Shown: one piece after another, positions 25,955-38,239 of the stretch
Numbering within the stretch: position 1 is the stretch's first letter
Layout: each line of letters opens with the position of its first letter
Notes under the pieces: model-generated
The model's database searches: none
Told to the model about the DNA's origin: nothing
The model's input: the letters and a program-made list of their open reading frames with translations, nothing else
DNA from: Eledone cirrhosa
Lineage: Eukaryota
Assembly (NCBI GenBank): GCA_964016885.1
Contig: OZ024741.1
Span: forward strand, 269,204,001 to 269,268,000
Direction of reading: 5' to 3'
DNA: 64,000 nucleotides
Made by a program: the position numbers and the translations under genes

Positions 25955-28456
25955 CCATGCTGAACTTTATATAAAATCTACCTTCTTAGATAGCTTACCT
26001 GTGATCCCACAACTTTTATGTACCCATACTTTGCATTTGGGACATAAAATGGAATTTCTGCCTACTCCTTTCCTACACACTGAGGGCATTTCCCTGAGGG
26101 CACCTATGCCCTATTTACCTTTCTACATACTAGAACTTTAGTCTTAGACAAGTTAACTTTAAGGCCTTTTGATTCTAGGCCATGCTTCCATGTTTGAAAT
26201 TTCTTCTCAACATAGCCTCATAGTTAGTGACCTCATACTTAGGACTAGACATACACGACAACAGAGCAGTACTACCCCGAGGAGAAGAATATGGAAGTTA
26301 AAGCACACCACAGCCAGTGACAAATTTAAAAGCATATTACATGATGCTTTTGACAGTAAGGAAGAGCAATTAGAGTTGTACAATATCGAAGAAAAGTCGG
26401 AATTCCTGAAAGTTAACCTGCTGAAGGCGACAGATGAAATCTGTGGCTGGAGTAGACCTATAGGCAGGAGGAGAGTAACGTGGTGGTGGAACAGTAAGGT
26501 GGAGGAGTCAATCAAGGCCAAAAAGCAGGCTTGGAAAGTATGGCGGAATGGGGGAAGTAGAGAACACCATCAGGTGGCTAGGAGAGAAGCTCGGAGACAA
26601 GTGTACTTTGCAAGAAAGGAGGCAGAGGATAGAAAGTTTAAGCATGTTCTACAACGCGAGGACCAAAAACGTGAGGTGTTCAGTATGTCAAAGAAAACCA
26701 TGATATTGTCGGGGAGAAGTGTGTCCGTAATGATGCTGGTGTACTTTCCCTCACTGATACTGATAAGAAGGTAGCTTGGAAGTGTCACTACGAGAGACTA
26801 CTAAACAAGAAGAATAAATGGGAAAAAGATAATCTGCTCCAAATCGATCCAATAGAAGGACCAGCAGTGCAAGTTAAAGGTAGTATAATAAGTAAGGCAA
26901 TCAAGGCAGCTGGGCCTTCGGAGATAGTTGCTGAAATGCTGAAAGGTGGGACACACTATGGTCACTCAGAGAGTAAACCAAGCCATACAGAATGGGGTCA
27001 TACCAAAAGACTGGCGTAGCAACATCATCATTAACTGCTACAAGGGTAAAGGAGATGCCCTAGATAGGGGTAACTATAGAAGCATTAAATTAGTTGATCA
27101 GGTCATGAAGGTCACAGAAAGCGTTATAGCGCAACTAATCAGAGAGCGAATTGATCTATATGAAATGCAGTTTGGGTTTGTGTCAGGTAAAAGTACCACA
27201 GACGATCTTTTCCTTGTACGACAACTACAGAAGTACCTAGCTAAAGGTAGACAACTCTACTTAGCTTTTGTTGACTTGGAGAAAGCCTTTGACAGAGTCC
27301 CCCATTCCATTATCTGGTGGGTCCTTAGAAAACTAGGTGTAGATAAATGGCTTGTGAGAGCTATACAAGCTATGTATAATGAAACAGTCACTAAGGTTAG
27401 AATTAATAACGAATATAGTGAAGAATTTAGCGTAAAAGTTGTTCATCAAGGCTCTGTCCCCCTCCTATTTATTATTGCCCTTCATGTCTATAACAGAAGA
27501 GTTCAAGACCGGCTGCCCATGGGAACTTCTATATGCAGATGATCTAACGCTCATAGCTGAATCGATGGCTGAACTAGAGAAGAAATTCGAAACATGGAAG
27601 CATGGCCTAGAATCAAAAGGCCTTAAAGTTAACTCGTTTAAGACTAAAGTTCTAGTTTGTAGAAAGGAAAATAGGGCACAGGTGCCCTCTGGGAAATGGC
27701 CATGCTCTGTGTAGGAAAGGAGTAGGTACAAATTCCATTTTATGTCCCAAATGCAAACTATGGGTACATAAAAGATGTAGTGGGATCACAGGTAAATTAT
27801 CTAAGAATGTAGATTTTATATGTGGCCGATGCTCAGGTGCAATAAGTAGCAAGTGTCCACAGGATACTAGCTCCTTCTATTGCCCAGAAGGTTATATAGA
27901 AATAGTGGGCACTTTCCGTTACCTGGGTGACAAAATCAGCAGTGGTGGAGGGTGCTCTGAAAGTACAGTAGCCAGAGTCAGAACGGGATGGAAAAAGTTC
28001 AGAGAGCTTATACCGCTGTTGGCCGCTAAAGGTTTCTCACTAAAAATGAAAGGCAGATTGCATGATGCCTGTATACGAACAGTAATGCTACATGGCAATG
28101 AGACATGTGCATTGTGTGCAGACTGGAAAGGAACAAAGCATGCTCCGTTGGATGTGTAATAGTAATATACATGAACAGCAAAGCATAAATGAACTAAGTT
28201 AGAAATTAGGAATAAGAGGGATCAGATGCTGTTTACTTGAGAGAAGACTACGTTGGTATGGTCACGTGATGCGCATGAAAGACGACAGCTGTATAAAAAA
28301 GTGCAGGGCGATCTAAATTGATGGAAGTTACGGAGTAGGTAGACCCAGAAAAACCTAGGACGATTTGATAAATTCCGACCTTACACCTCTCTAAGACAAT
28401 GTCACTGGACCGAGATCTTTGGCGCTACGCAGTAATACAGAAGACCCGCCTTGCCT
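25955..28456 (+). mobile_element. RTE-clade LINE, 5'-truncated and frameshifted, preceded by an inverted diverged fragment (25955-26208)
   Basis: TWWWN, YKGKGDALDRGNYR, QFGF..GKSTTD, AFVDLEKAFDRV, LLYADD, FRYLG and RLRWYGHVMRM motifs. Confidence 0.88.
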
Positions 28457-28609
28457 AATCCACTACCCTACTCCATCCTCTCATTCCCACCAACACCACC
28501 CTCTCTCTGTAAAGTTGGTACCACAACATCCAGTCCAAATAAATGAGATAATGAGATCGAGATCGTGTAGGTGACACAACAAAAAAAAAACATGCCGTCC
28601 ACACTATAA

Positions 28610-28815
28610 TGTGACCATGTAGGTAACATGGTAAAAAGTTCCCAGTCCACACTGTAAATGTGAGTGTTAGGAAGGGCATCCAGCCATAGAAAACCTGCCA
28701 GATAGTCCTATATGAGCGAGACACAGTCACCCAACCAACCTTGCCTCAAATTGGGATAACTCCTGTCTAACCCATGCTAGCGTGGAAGATGGACGTTAAA
28801 CGATGATGATGATGA
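28610..28815 (+). mobile_element. SINE family C 3' part with (GAT)n tail
   Basis: ttaggaagggcatccagcc..tagaaa...ggacgttaaacgatgatgatg. A second copy lies at 29040-29262. Confidence 0.6.
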
Positions 28816-28869
28816 CACATACCTGGCTGTACAAGTCAGAAGTTCTATAGTAAGTTAGATAATCAAGGA

Positions 28870-29030
28870 TATGAAGACAAAGCAGCTGGACCCTCAGGGA
28901 TAATTGCCGAGATGCTGAAAGCATCAGGAATAATGGGTCACACCAACAGTCACCCACATTATAAACCAGGTAATACAAAACAGTGCCATAGCCAATGACT
29001 GGCGTAGCTGCATCATTGTCAACTGGTCAT
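28870..29030 (+). mobile_element. Small RTE LINE fragment
   Basis: KAAGPSGIIAEMLK...WRS.IIVN, homologous to 26905-27040. Confidence 0.6.
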
Positions 29031-29039
29031 ATTAGAGAC

Positions 29040-29262
29040 ACGACAAAAAGTGCCCAGCCCACACAGTAAAGTGGTCATGTAGGAGTCACGACAAAAAGTA
29101 CCTAGTACACACTGTATATGTGGTTGGCATTAGGAAGGGCATCCAGCTGTAGAAACCAAGCCAAAATCAGTTCTGTATGAGTAAAACATGGTCCTCCGAT
29201 TGACTGTCTCACAACGGGACAACCTATGCTACTCTGGAAAATGGATGTTAAATGATGAGGAT
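29040..29262 (+). mobile_element. SINE family C 3' part
   Basis: ggttggcattaggaagggcatccagctgtagaaac...ggatgttaaatgatg. Confidence 0.6.
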
Positions 29263-29285
29263 ACACACACATATACATATATATA

Positions 29286-29380
29286 GAAGTAGTAACACAA
29301 CAGTTAGTTCACCATACTGAGGACAAATGTTTCACCTTGTGGATCTTAGGATGGTGAATTAACTGTTGTGTTACTACTTC
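29286..29380. repeat. Inverted repeat with ~30-bp arms (probable PLE-type fold-back end)
   Basis: gaagtagtaacacaacagttagttcaccat / atggtgaattaactgttgtgttactacttc. Confidence 0.8.
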
Positions 29381-29616
29381 AACCAAACTCATCCCATGGA
29401 CTGAGTGCTCTACTACTACGGATATTACCCTCCAGTGTTCTACCTTTATATATATATAATTTAATATAATAAAGAGAGACAAACACAGATATATACATAT
29501 ATGCGTTCAAATCACAAGGGACCTAAATAAGATACTAACTATGAACAATACGGTTTGCTAGACTCAGTTAAAAGGATAAATTAAGAAATAATACAAACCG
29601 AATCATAACTATCAAC

Positions 29617-29695
29617 ACATCCAGACAGCCTTTGGTAGAACTGTTTCGCAACAAAGTGGAGAGAGTTTCAAATCCGATTGCTCTTCAGTGGATGT
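29617..29695 (-). ncRNA. Type I hammerhead ribozyme with intact core
   Basis: Minus strand: ACAUCCA-CUGAAGA-GCAA..UUGC-GAAA-CAG..CUG-UC^-UGGAUGU. All three stems pair; cleavage triplet GUC. Confidence 0.8.
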
Positions 29696-29982
29696 ACAGA
29701 TTAGTAAACCCTTCATTTCTAAATTTCTTAGAAGACTATTGTGAGTTTCTAACTCAATATATACTTTTGATATATATATATATATAAATTATATAAATAT
29801 ATATTCACAAAATAGATCAAATAGTCAAAGCAACTCCATGTGTTAATATTAATTACTTTATTGATATTTTCCTAACAAAAGACAATCTTAAATTCAGAAA
29901 AATAAGACAACAAACTAGAAATCCCAGCAACTAATCTGGTACCATACAATTTCCACAAACCTGAGAGCCATATTGTATAGAA

Positions 29983-30427
29983 CAGCAGTTGCTGACCTCA
30001 CGGACCACTAAGTTCATAATTTTAAATCCTGTGGACAACAGATATGAATTTTTTGTAAAAGATAAATACATTTATAAAATAATTGTTTCTACTTTAGGCA
30101 CAAGGCCAGCAATTATCCATTACATTACTGGTACTTTATTTTATTGACCCCGTAAGGATGAAAGGCAACAGAGAACTTCCATTTTATTAAACAATACTGA
30201 AGTGTACATGTGCCATATTGTCAATAGCTGATACATATTTGTAAAATTCTTTCATGGATGTTAGTTCTTTACTGAGGAGAAACATTTTTTAGGGGTGTTA
30301 TAAAATATATTTTAACCAAATATTATTTTTGTTTTATGATTAATAAAACATAAAAATTGCAAATAACGTCCAAATTTTTCTCCGGACCACCAACATTTTC
30401 TCTTGGACCACTGGTTGGCGACCGCTG
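29983..30427. mobile_element. hAT (Charlie-like) MITE containing a SINE A fragment at ~30078-30168
   Basis: TIRs cagcagttgctgacc / ggttggcgaccgctg. Perfect 8-bp TSD gtatagaa at 29975-29982 and 30428-30435. Confidence 0.8.
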
Positions 30428-30559
30428 GTATAGAATATTTAGTAAGATGAGACATGGGTACATTAGTGATGTTTAACATGTTCAATGAAGAGTAGATCAT
30501 TCTAGAATTGGTAGAAGAGACAGAGAGAAGATCTAGTCTTGCAGTTATTAAGTGGTTGT

Positions 30560-30890
30560 AGAATGTTGATGCTGAACATCCCATACATGGAGCACAAAAC
30601 AAACAGCTTTGTCAGGCAGAAGTTCTCAAATATGCTGGCAGACAGGAACCACTCATTGTAATGGTGAACAGACTGAAACTTGCCTGATATGGTCATGTAT
30701 CCCACCACAACTCCTTGTAGTGGGATACATCCTCCAGGGCACAGTCAAGGGAGGGTGATGGAGAGTCAGACACAGAAATCTTGATCTGACAACATCAAAG
30801 ACTGTACTGGTCACAACACCGAGACCCTCCAACACATGACGAAGAACAGAGACCAGTTGCAACGGCTGACTGCGAAAGTGTCTAAAGTGA
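30560..30890 (+). mobile_element. Degenerate RTE LINE 3' fragment
   Basis: Reads ..YGH..ILQGTVKGG..QKS*SDNIKD.TG, an RTE/BovB-like C-terminus. Confidence 0.55.
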
Positions 30891-31860
30891 CTAGCTGCAC
30901 TAGTGGCACCCCAAAGACTGGCTGCACCTGTGGCACATCTAGTGTGGTACCCCAACAACTGGCTGCACCAGTGCCACATCTGGTGTGGTACCCCAACAAC
31001 TGGCTGCACCAGTGGCACATCTAGTGTGATACCCCAACAACTGGCTGCACCAGTGACACATCTTGAGTGGCACCCCAATGACTGGCAGCACCAGTGGCAC
31101 ATCTAGAGTGGCACCATAACAACTGGCTGCATCAGTGGCACATCTAGAGTGGCACCCCAACGACTGGCAGCACCAATGGCACATCTTGAGTGGCACCCTA
31201 ACAACTGGCTGCATCAGTGGCACATCTTGAGTGGCACCCCAACGACTGGCAGCACCAATGGCACATCTTGAGTGGCACCCTAACAACTGGCTGCATCAGT
31301 GGCACATCTTGAGTGGCACCCCAACGACTGGCAGCACCAATGGCACATCTTGAGTGGCACCCTAACAACTGGCTGCATCAGTGGCACATCTTGAGTGACA
31401 CCCTAACTGGCTGCATCAGTGACACATCTTGACATCTTGAGGGGCACCCCAACAACTGGCAGCACCAGTGGAATATCTTGAGTGGCACCCTAACAACTGG
31501 CAGCACCAGTGGCACATCTTGAGTGGCACCCTAACTGGCTGCATCAGTGACACATCTTGACATCTTGAGGGGCACCCCAATAACTGGCTGCACCAATGGC
31601 ACATCTTGACATCTTGAGGGGCACCCCAATAACTGGCTGCACCAATGGCACATCTTGACATCTTCAGTGGCACCCTAACAACTGGCTGTACCAGTGGCAC
31701 ATCTTCAGTGACACCCTAACAACTGGCTGCACCAGTGGCACATCTTGAGTGGCACCCCAACAACTGGCTGCATTAGTGGTACATCTTCAGTGGCACCCCA
31801 ACAACTGGCTGCACCAGTGGCACATCTTGAGTGGCACTCCAACGACTGGCAGCATCAGTT
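30890..31860. repeat. 41-bp GC-rich minisatellite, ~23 copies
   Basis: Unit cagtggcacatcttgagtggcaccccaacaactggctgcac, with starts at 30931, 30972, 31013 and onward. Confidence 0.92.
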
Positions 31861-31978
31861 ACGGGAATGTGATTGATTGAGAATGTTGATAAGTAAAAGC
31901 TTGATTATAAAATGGACGGCTTTCTTTTTTAATGTTACATAAAGTGTATGCAAGTAATATTGTATTGAGGGTCTAAAG

Positions 31979-32237
31979 CAGTCATGGGCAACCTGCGGCC
32001 CGCGAAGCTTTCTGAATGGCTCGCCTAAGTCACCTAAGTGAAATCTTTTTTTACCCCAACTTTTCAGTCGTAATTTATCTTTCTATCATTTTTACGATCG
32101 AGGAAAACAAATCAAAACAACCTGAGTTACCACCTTTTTTTTAATGTGGACAAGAATGTAAATTAGTGCTTGCAGCCCGACTGATGATGAGCCATATTCC
32201 ATGTGGCCCACTTCTCGAAAAAGGTTGCCCATGCCTG
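31979..32237. mobile_element. hAT (Charlie-like) MITE
   Basis: TIRs cagtcatgggcaacc / ggttgcccatgcctg. 8-bp TSD gtctaaag / gtttaaag. Confidence 0.8.
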
Positions 32238-32263
32238 GTTTAAAGTATGGCTGAAGATTTCTT

Positions 32264-33298
32264 TTATTCAGCCAAAGAAAATGACACACTCTCACTAAAT
32301 GTGACATGAGGTAAATCAGCTTCGTGTGTTTTTAAATGATTTCTTAGTCCATTGTTAGTCATAAACGTCTCCCCACAAATGTCACAGCAAAAATGTTTGT
32401 CATCTATGTGTATGCGATAATGTCTTTTTAAATGAGCACTGTCACGAAACCCTTTGCCACATATCTCACAGTAAAATGATTTCTCTCCAGTGTGAGTCTT
32501 TTTATGTCTCTTCAAATTGTCGTTTCGTATGAAATTTCTACCACACACATCACAGTGGAATGGTTTCTCTTCAGTGTGTATTTTTAAGTGCCTGTTTAAC
32601 TGGCTGTTGGTGATAAAACCTTTCCAGCATATTTTACAGTAAAAAGGCCTTTCTCCAGTATGGGACCTGACATGAATTTTTAAGTCTTCATTTTTCAGAA
32701 AATTTTTGCCACAATTTTTACAATGGAAAGGCTTTACTCCTGAGTGTATTCTTTGATGTTTTGATAAATGATTCTTTGTTGCAAAATTTTTATCACATAT
32801 TTCACAGGTGTATGGTTTTTCTCCTGTGTGCTTTCTATTATGAATGTCTAATTTACCTTGAGTATCAAAATTATATCCACAAACATCACAACCATATAGC
32901 TTTTCTCCAGTATGTATTATTTTAACATGGTGTTTCAAACTATGAGAATCAGAAAAGATTTCACTACAAAACACACAATCAAATAGTTTGTTTATCATGT
33001 GGGTCCTTTTATGTAAATTAAGCTTGTGACTGTTGTTGAATTCATGACCGCAAATTTCACAGCAGAACTGTTTGAAACCATCATGGAGATTTAAATGTTG
33101 TTTCATATGACTGATATCAGTATGAGTTTTACTGTGTTTTCTGATTTTATACTCAGTCAGGTAGATTTTACCACATATTTCACAGGGAAACAAGTCTTGC
33201 AGTTCTGAATTGGTTTGAGTAAAGTCATCATCAGAGACGTCGTCGCTGTATGAAGGAAGCAAAGTGGTATAAGTATCAGTGATCAGATCAACTTCCAT
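32264..33298 (-). CDS. C2H2 (Krueppel-type) zinc-finger protein, 344 aa, 10 complete fingers
   Basis: Intact ORF with repeated CX2C-X12-HX3-4H and TGEKP linkers. Good start context gccATGG. Candidate splice acceptor tctttccag at 33400. Confidence 0.92.
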   Translation of the reverse strand: MEVDLITDTYTTLLPSYSDDVSDDDFTQTNSELQDLFPCEICGKIYLTEYKIRKHSKTHTDISHMKQHLNLHDGFKQFCCEICGHEFNNSHKLNLHKRTHMINKLFDCVFCSEIFSDSHSLKHHVKIIHTGEKLYGCDVCGYNFDTQGKLDIHNRKHTGEKPYTCEICDKNFATKNHLSKHQRIHSGVKPFHCKNCGKNFLKNEDLKIHVRSHTGERPFYCKICWKGFITNSQLNRHLKIHTEEKPFHCDVCGRNFIRNDNLKRHKKTHTGEKSFYCEICGKGFRDSAHLKRHYRIHIDDKHFCCDICGETFMTNNGLRNHLKTHEADLPHVTFSESVSFSLAE

Positions 33299-33984
33299 GG
33301 CAACTATGTAGCATTGTATTAAATCTCTTCTATTAATTAGTATTTGGTCAGGTGAGCAATGTATTCAAAATATTTCTTCAAAATTCAACAGGTTTGGAGC
33401 TGGAAAGATACAAATTGTATTTGTAATTTAGTAACGAGAGAGTGAGAGAGTGTGTAGAAAACAGTTTCTGATATAATCTTGACTGAATAGTAAATATAAA
33501 AAATAATAATCACATGATTAGAGAAAGGAAGGTATTCATAAACTGGAGCCCTAGCCTGATAAAATTGGCAAAATTTCAGATGCTAGTCCATCATCAGAAA
33601 GGCAACATAAAAAGTTGCTGCACACTTTTCCTTGTACCTTAGCTTAAGTATTCTGTTATTTTATGTAGAGATATATTAAGTAGAACACACACACAGACAG
33701 ACACACAGATGGATACACATACACACCAAGACACACAGACAGACACACACATAACTCAGCCCTAATGAAAAAACCAAAATCAATAATTTTGATCTTTTCA
33801 CCTGTTTACATCATTCCTAATATAAGATTAATAATCCAGTGTTTCTGTTAATTATTTCGAACAATATATATTTTATTATCATATGTATTATCTATATATA
33901 AACTATAATAACAAACAGGATTGAAATGTGAATCGAGTTGATACTTTTTAATGAGATATTACCTAATGATATATTACCTAATGG

Positions 33985-34402
33985 GTAATGACAGAAAGAA
34001 TAAGATCATGAATACAAGCAGCTGAAAGGGGGTTCCTCTGAAGGGTCTTTGGAGGTAATGTTACTCAATAAAGTTTGTAACTCAGAGATCAGAGAGTCAC
34101 ATCATGTAGAGCTGCTACTTCTCCAAATTGAGAGATCATATCTCTGATAATATGGACATGTGGTCAGAATGTCTCAGGAAAGAATTGCTGGACAAATTTT
34201 ACAAGCAAAACCAACCGGCAGGAGACCCAGGGGTAGACCCCAAGCAAGATGGTTGAATAATATCTATAAGCTTGGCTGGTCTTGTTTGGGGATCGAGAGA
34301 GATCAATTGAAGACAGTTGCTTCTGATAGGACCCACTGGAGGGCGTGTCTGAGGACTCTTCTCCCATGACCCTCTCAGGAATAAGTGGGTGAAGAAGAAG
34401 AA
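33985..34402 (+). mobile_element. RTE LINE 3' fragment with (GAA)n tail
   Basis: GHVVRMSQERIAGQILQAKPTGRRPRGRP..RW, ending gaagaagaag. Confidence 0.8.
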
Positions 34403-34733
34403 CATAATGTCATGATATGATGTTGGTAGGGTTAATATATGTATCGTATTGCAAAATATAGAAAAAGTTCACTGCAGATAATCAAACTCTAAGGGATTTC
34501 ATCCATAAGTGTTTGTGGTTCCTGAGATGGAATAGAAAATTGAATTTGTTTGTGATCCTTTTAGTGGTAACTCGAGCAGTTTAAACATAGTCATATACAG
34601 TAGGTTAAACACAGATGGTTGGTAGAGTATATGGGATACATTTCACAAGTGCTGCTACTTATTGTGTGATGTTCTTGTTCATACACCTTCAATAGGCAAC
34701 AAATACAATTAGTTTTAACAAGGTATTGTTTAA

Positions 34734-34897
34734 CCATTTAGCATTTACATTACTCTATATATACTATTGCATTTTCGTGGTAAAGGCTTTATCTTACATA
34801 ATATTGAATCCATGAGATTTTGGTGTTATTTATTTTGAGAACAATACCTTAACGTCAGTATGAGTGGCCAGTTACAGCTGGTTTAAATGCTAAAGGG
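34734..34897. mobile_element. piggyBac-like MITE
   Basis: TTAA|ccatttagcattta ... taaatgctaaaggg|TTAA. Confidence 0.65.
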
Positions 34898-35179
34898 TTA
34901 AAGAGGCAACAGCAGCTGCAGTTTTGTGAAATTGATGGATGAGCATTCATGAGTTCAAATCCTACTAGGGATTAAAACAGCCTGTAACTAAATCAGAGTT
35001 CTACTCAGAGGAAGATTTATATTATCTCCCTCTTTTCTCCACTAGTTGTCTCCCTTATTCTCCTACAACAATGGGGTTATATTACATGAAAAAGACTTTC
35101 TAAAGAATAAAATGAGATTATAAAAGAAAACAGATGACATTGAGTGCATAAATGAGAGGAAAAGGATTATTAAGCTGTC

Positions 35180-35595
35180 CCTATCTCTCTTTCACTCACT
35201 GCCTCCGCTCCCCATCTCTCCCTATTATATGGTTGATGTTCTCTATCTTTCACTCAGTTCCGCCTCTACCCATTATATGGTTGGTTCTCTTTCACTCACC
35301 GTCTCCGTCTCTCTCCCTATTATATGGTTGTTCTCTCTCTTTCATTCACTGCCTCCGTCTCTTTCACTATTATATGGTTGGTTCTCTCTTTCACTCAGTC
35401 TCCGTTTCTCTCACTCTCCCTATTATATGGTTGATGGTCTGTCTCACTATTATATGGTTGATGTTCTCTCTTTCACTCAGGCCGCGTCTCTCTCACTCTC
35501 CCTATTATATGGTTGGTGTTCTCTCTCATTCACTCACTGCTCCGTCTCTCACTATTATATAGTTGATGTTCTCTCTCATTCACTCACTATTATAT
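35180..35595. repeat. Pyrimidine-rich minisatellite (~50-58 bp units containing ctattatatggttg)
   Basis: Motif recurs about 8-9 times. Confidence 0.8.
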
Positions 35596-36541
35596 ACAAA
35601 TGGGAGCCCACACGCTAGTTACCCCATAGTCCCGGAGGATGGTGAAGGAGACACGTTGGAAGAGCCATTCCAGCTGCGAGGCTCACACCTGTGAGTTAGT
35701 AACTTCATGCCGATGGTGGTGAGTAGGGAGGTGGTCCTAGGGCCAAGGTCACCAGAAGTCTCCACTGCCATAATATCACTGATTTAATATCAGTTAAAAA
35801 TTAGCAAACTTACTTTCGATTGTTAACATTAAATATTTATGCAGCGGCTGAAGACAACTTCTTTCTCCGTCTTTAAAGGTCTTCACCCTATTTTATAAGC
35901 TGTTTCATGGCATATCCGCGCATGAGCACACCACTTTTTATATTAACTTTATGTAAAAATATGTGTTTGTAAACAAGTCTTGATTATATATGAATCATGC
36001 CGCTCTGAGTTGTCTTACTTCATAAATAAAAACGGTGCAGAGTAAACTAATAGTGATCTGCATCGAAAGATAATAATTAGAACTATGTTACTCTATTTGT
36101 CCTTACAGTTTTTAAGACGGTAAAATATTATCTGAGTGAGATTTGGCTATTTCTACCAGGTCAAGAGATCATAGACTCCCTCGTTGATAGGAATAATGTT
36201 GTTTGGCCCCAGGTCACCTCTGATCAAGCAGACTAACGATTAAAGTAGTTCCAGCCGTCTTTTATTCAGATATAGTGTAATTAAAAGCGTTTGTTTATGA
36301 TCAAAATGGTTCCAAGCGTCATTTATTTAGACATAGTGTATCTGGTGATGCCCGTGACGGTACTTGGTTGTTTCAGCATCTTAGCCTCGCCATCATCTGT
36401 GGTAATGCTGCGACCATGTTGGCTTGCCTCAACAAGTATTAGAGGGAGGTTCCGAATTCCCCATGGGGTTTGTGACCGATTAACGCACTCAGTGTTGAAT
36501 TGATGGGTTTGTTTTTCGCTTTGATTGTATATTTTTCGAAT

Positions 36542-36769
36542 AGGCTGTGTAGCCGGTAAACCCTAAAGAAACGCAACACATCGCTTCAGCGTTTCACCAG
36601 CTCCTCCTTCTGTTTATGTATTTACGTGTACATGTGTGTGTATGTAAGTAAAGCGTAACGTACATTATGAATGGACGACTAAATGATTTTAACTTGTTTT
36701 TTAACAATTGATGGTGGAAAAGATTTCAAATTGTTTTAACTCGGCCACAACTTACCGGCTACATAGCCT
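36542..36769. mobile_element. Candidate MITE with 18-bp TIRs
   Basis: aggctgtgtagccggtaa / ttaccggctacatagcct (one mismatch). No clear TSD. Confidence 0.5.
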
Positions 36770-36902
36770 CCTCCTATATTCTATATATACGTGATTTAAT
36801 ATATCTGTCACTTAAATTTAAATAAAGACCTAACCATATTTTTGAGTATTATATTTATATGATTCGATAAATTCTATTTTTATGTGAAACACCATGATAT
36901 CC

Positions 36903-36990
36903 TAATAATTGCTTCTACTTTTGGCACAAGGCCAACAGTTACCCCAGTGCATTACTGGTGCCTTATTTTATCGACCCCGTAAGGATGAGA
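36903..36990 (-). mobile_element. SINE family A 3' fragment
   Basis: Matches the tail half of 11222-11410. Confidence 0.7.
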
Positions 36991-36994
36991 TTTG

Positions 36995-37266
36995 CAACTA
37001 GAAAGTTCTCCTCCAAGACACAAGTTTGAGCAAGGTTTGTTTTGGAAGACCAGCAGTCGCATACCAGTCTCTCCGAGCCACCGATGTTGACCAAGGAAAA
37101 GGCAATGGCCGATACAGCTTGGCACCAGTGATATCACAACTGAATAAACTGGAGCAACGTAAAATAAAGTGTCAAGCTGAAGGACACAACGCACCACCCG
37201 GTTCGAGAGTCGAACTCACAACCTTCCGATTGCAAGCTCAATGCTCTAACCACTAAGTCACACTCC
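36995..37266 (-). mobile_element. tRNA-derived SINE (CORE-like, related to family B)
   Basis: Minus strand gtgacttagtggttagagc...gagttcgactctc...gcgttgtgtccttcagc..cactttattttacgttgctccag. Confidence 0.6.
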
Positions 37267-38182
37267 TTAACATGTCGCTACAATACCGTTTGTAAATAAG
37301 TTTGTATTTCGTGGTGTACAACTGGAGCCCTACTTGAAACGTTAGGATTCTTATCTCCCATACAAACCTACTTATATTTGTAACGTCTGCTACTGTACTG
37401 CCTTGCTCTGTCCCAGACTCACAAACAAAATTGAAATTTGGAAAATAACAATAATTTCTTTTTTTCTACAGTAAAACAGTACCATGAATAAACAAATAAA
37501 GAAAACAAAGACTCCACCCCGAAACATAAAAGAGCCTTTTTAGGTAAACTGTGTCCCAGCATGACCACACATTATTGGTTGAAACACAGTAGAGTGGACA
37601 TTAAGACATTTTAAATTAGAATCAGAACAATAATTACTAAAACTAACAATGCTGGTAGGAGAGATAACAATGAAATTTTAATTAATTAAAATTATTAAAA
37701 TATATAATGCAGAAAAAAGTTTTAAAAAGAGCGCTCTTTTTTTCTTGCCTGCAAGTTTCTTCCACTTACCGTTTAATTTAATTTCAGACTCTGCAGGATA
37801 GATTCCAAGTAAACAGCAGTTAGTTTTATGGTCTGAATTAGATATTATTAACAGAAAAAAAGTTTATGTCTATTCCTCACTTTTCTTCTTTTTCATTTAA
37901 TTGATTTTTCGAGTATTTTGTAAATTCCTTAAAAAAAAAAAAACATTGTTAAACTTTCGTTAGTTTACGACGTGTATAACTAAAGGTATCCGCAGTAATA
38001 AGATTCATGGGCTTTTTAATGTGAGTAAATAATTGTATTTGTTGATTTATGTTTGTAAAATTATTCGAATATATTTGTATGTATGTCACTATATTTATGT
38101 ACGTGTGTATATATATATATATATATGAAGATTTATTTCTTCCTGTAATGACGTATAATAATATGAGGATAAATCGTATTAC

Positions 38183-38239
<57 letters not shown>

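Noticed and set aside
30890-31860. CRISPR-like regular array
   Set aside because: Contiguous 41-bp units with no unique spacers, no cas genes and a eukaryotic context.
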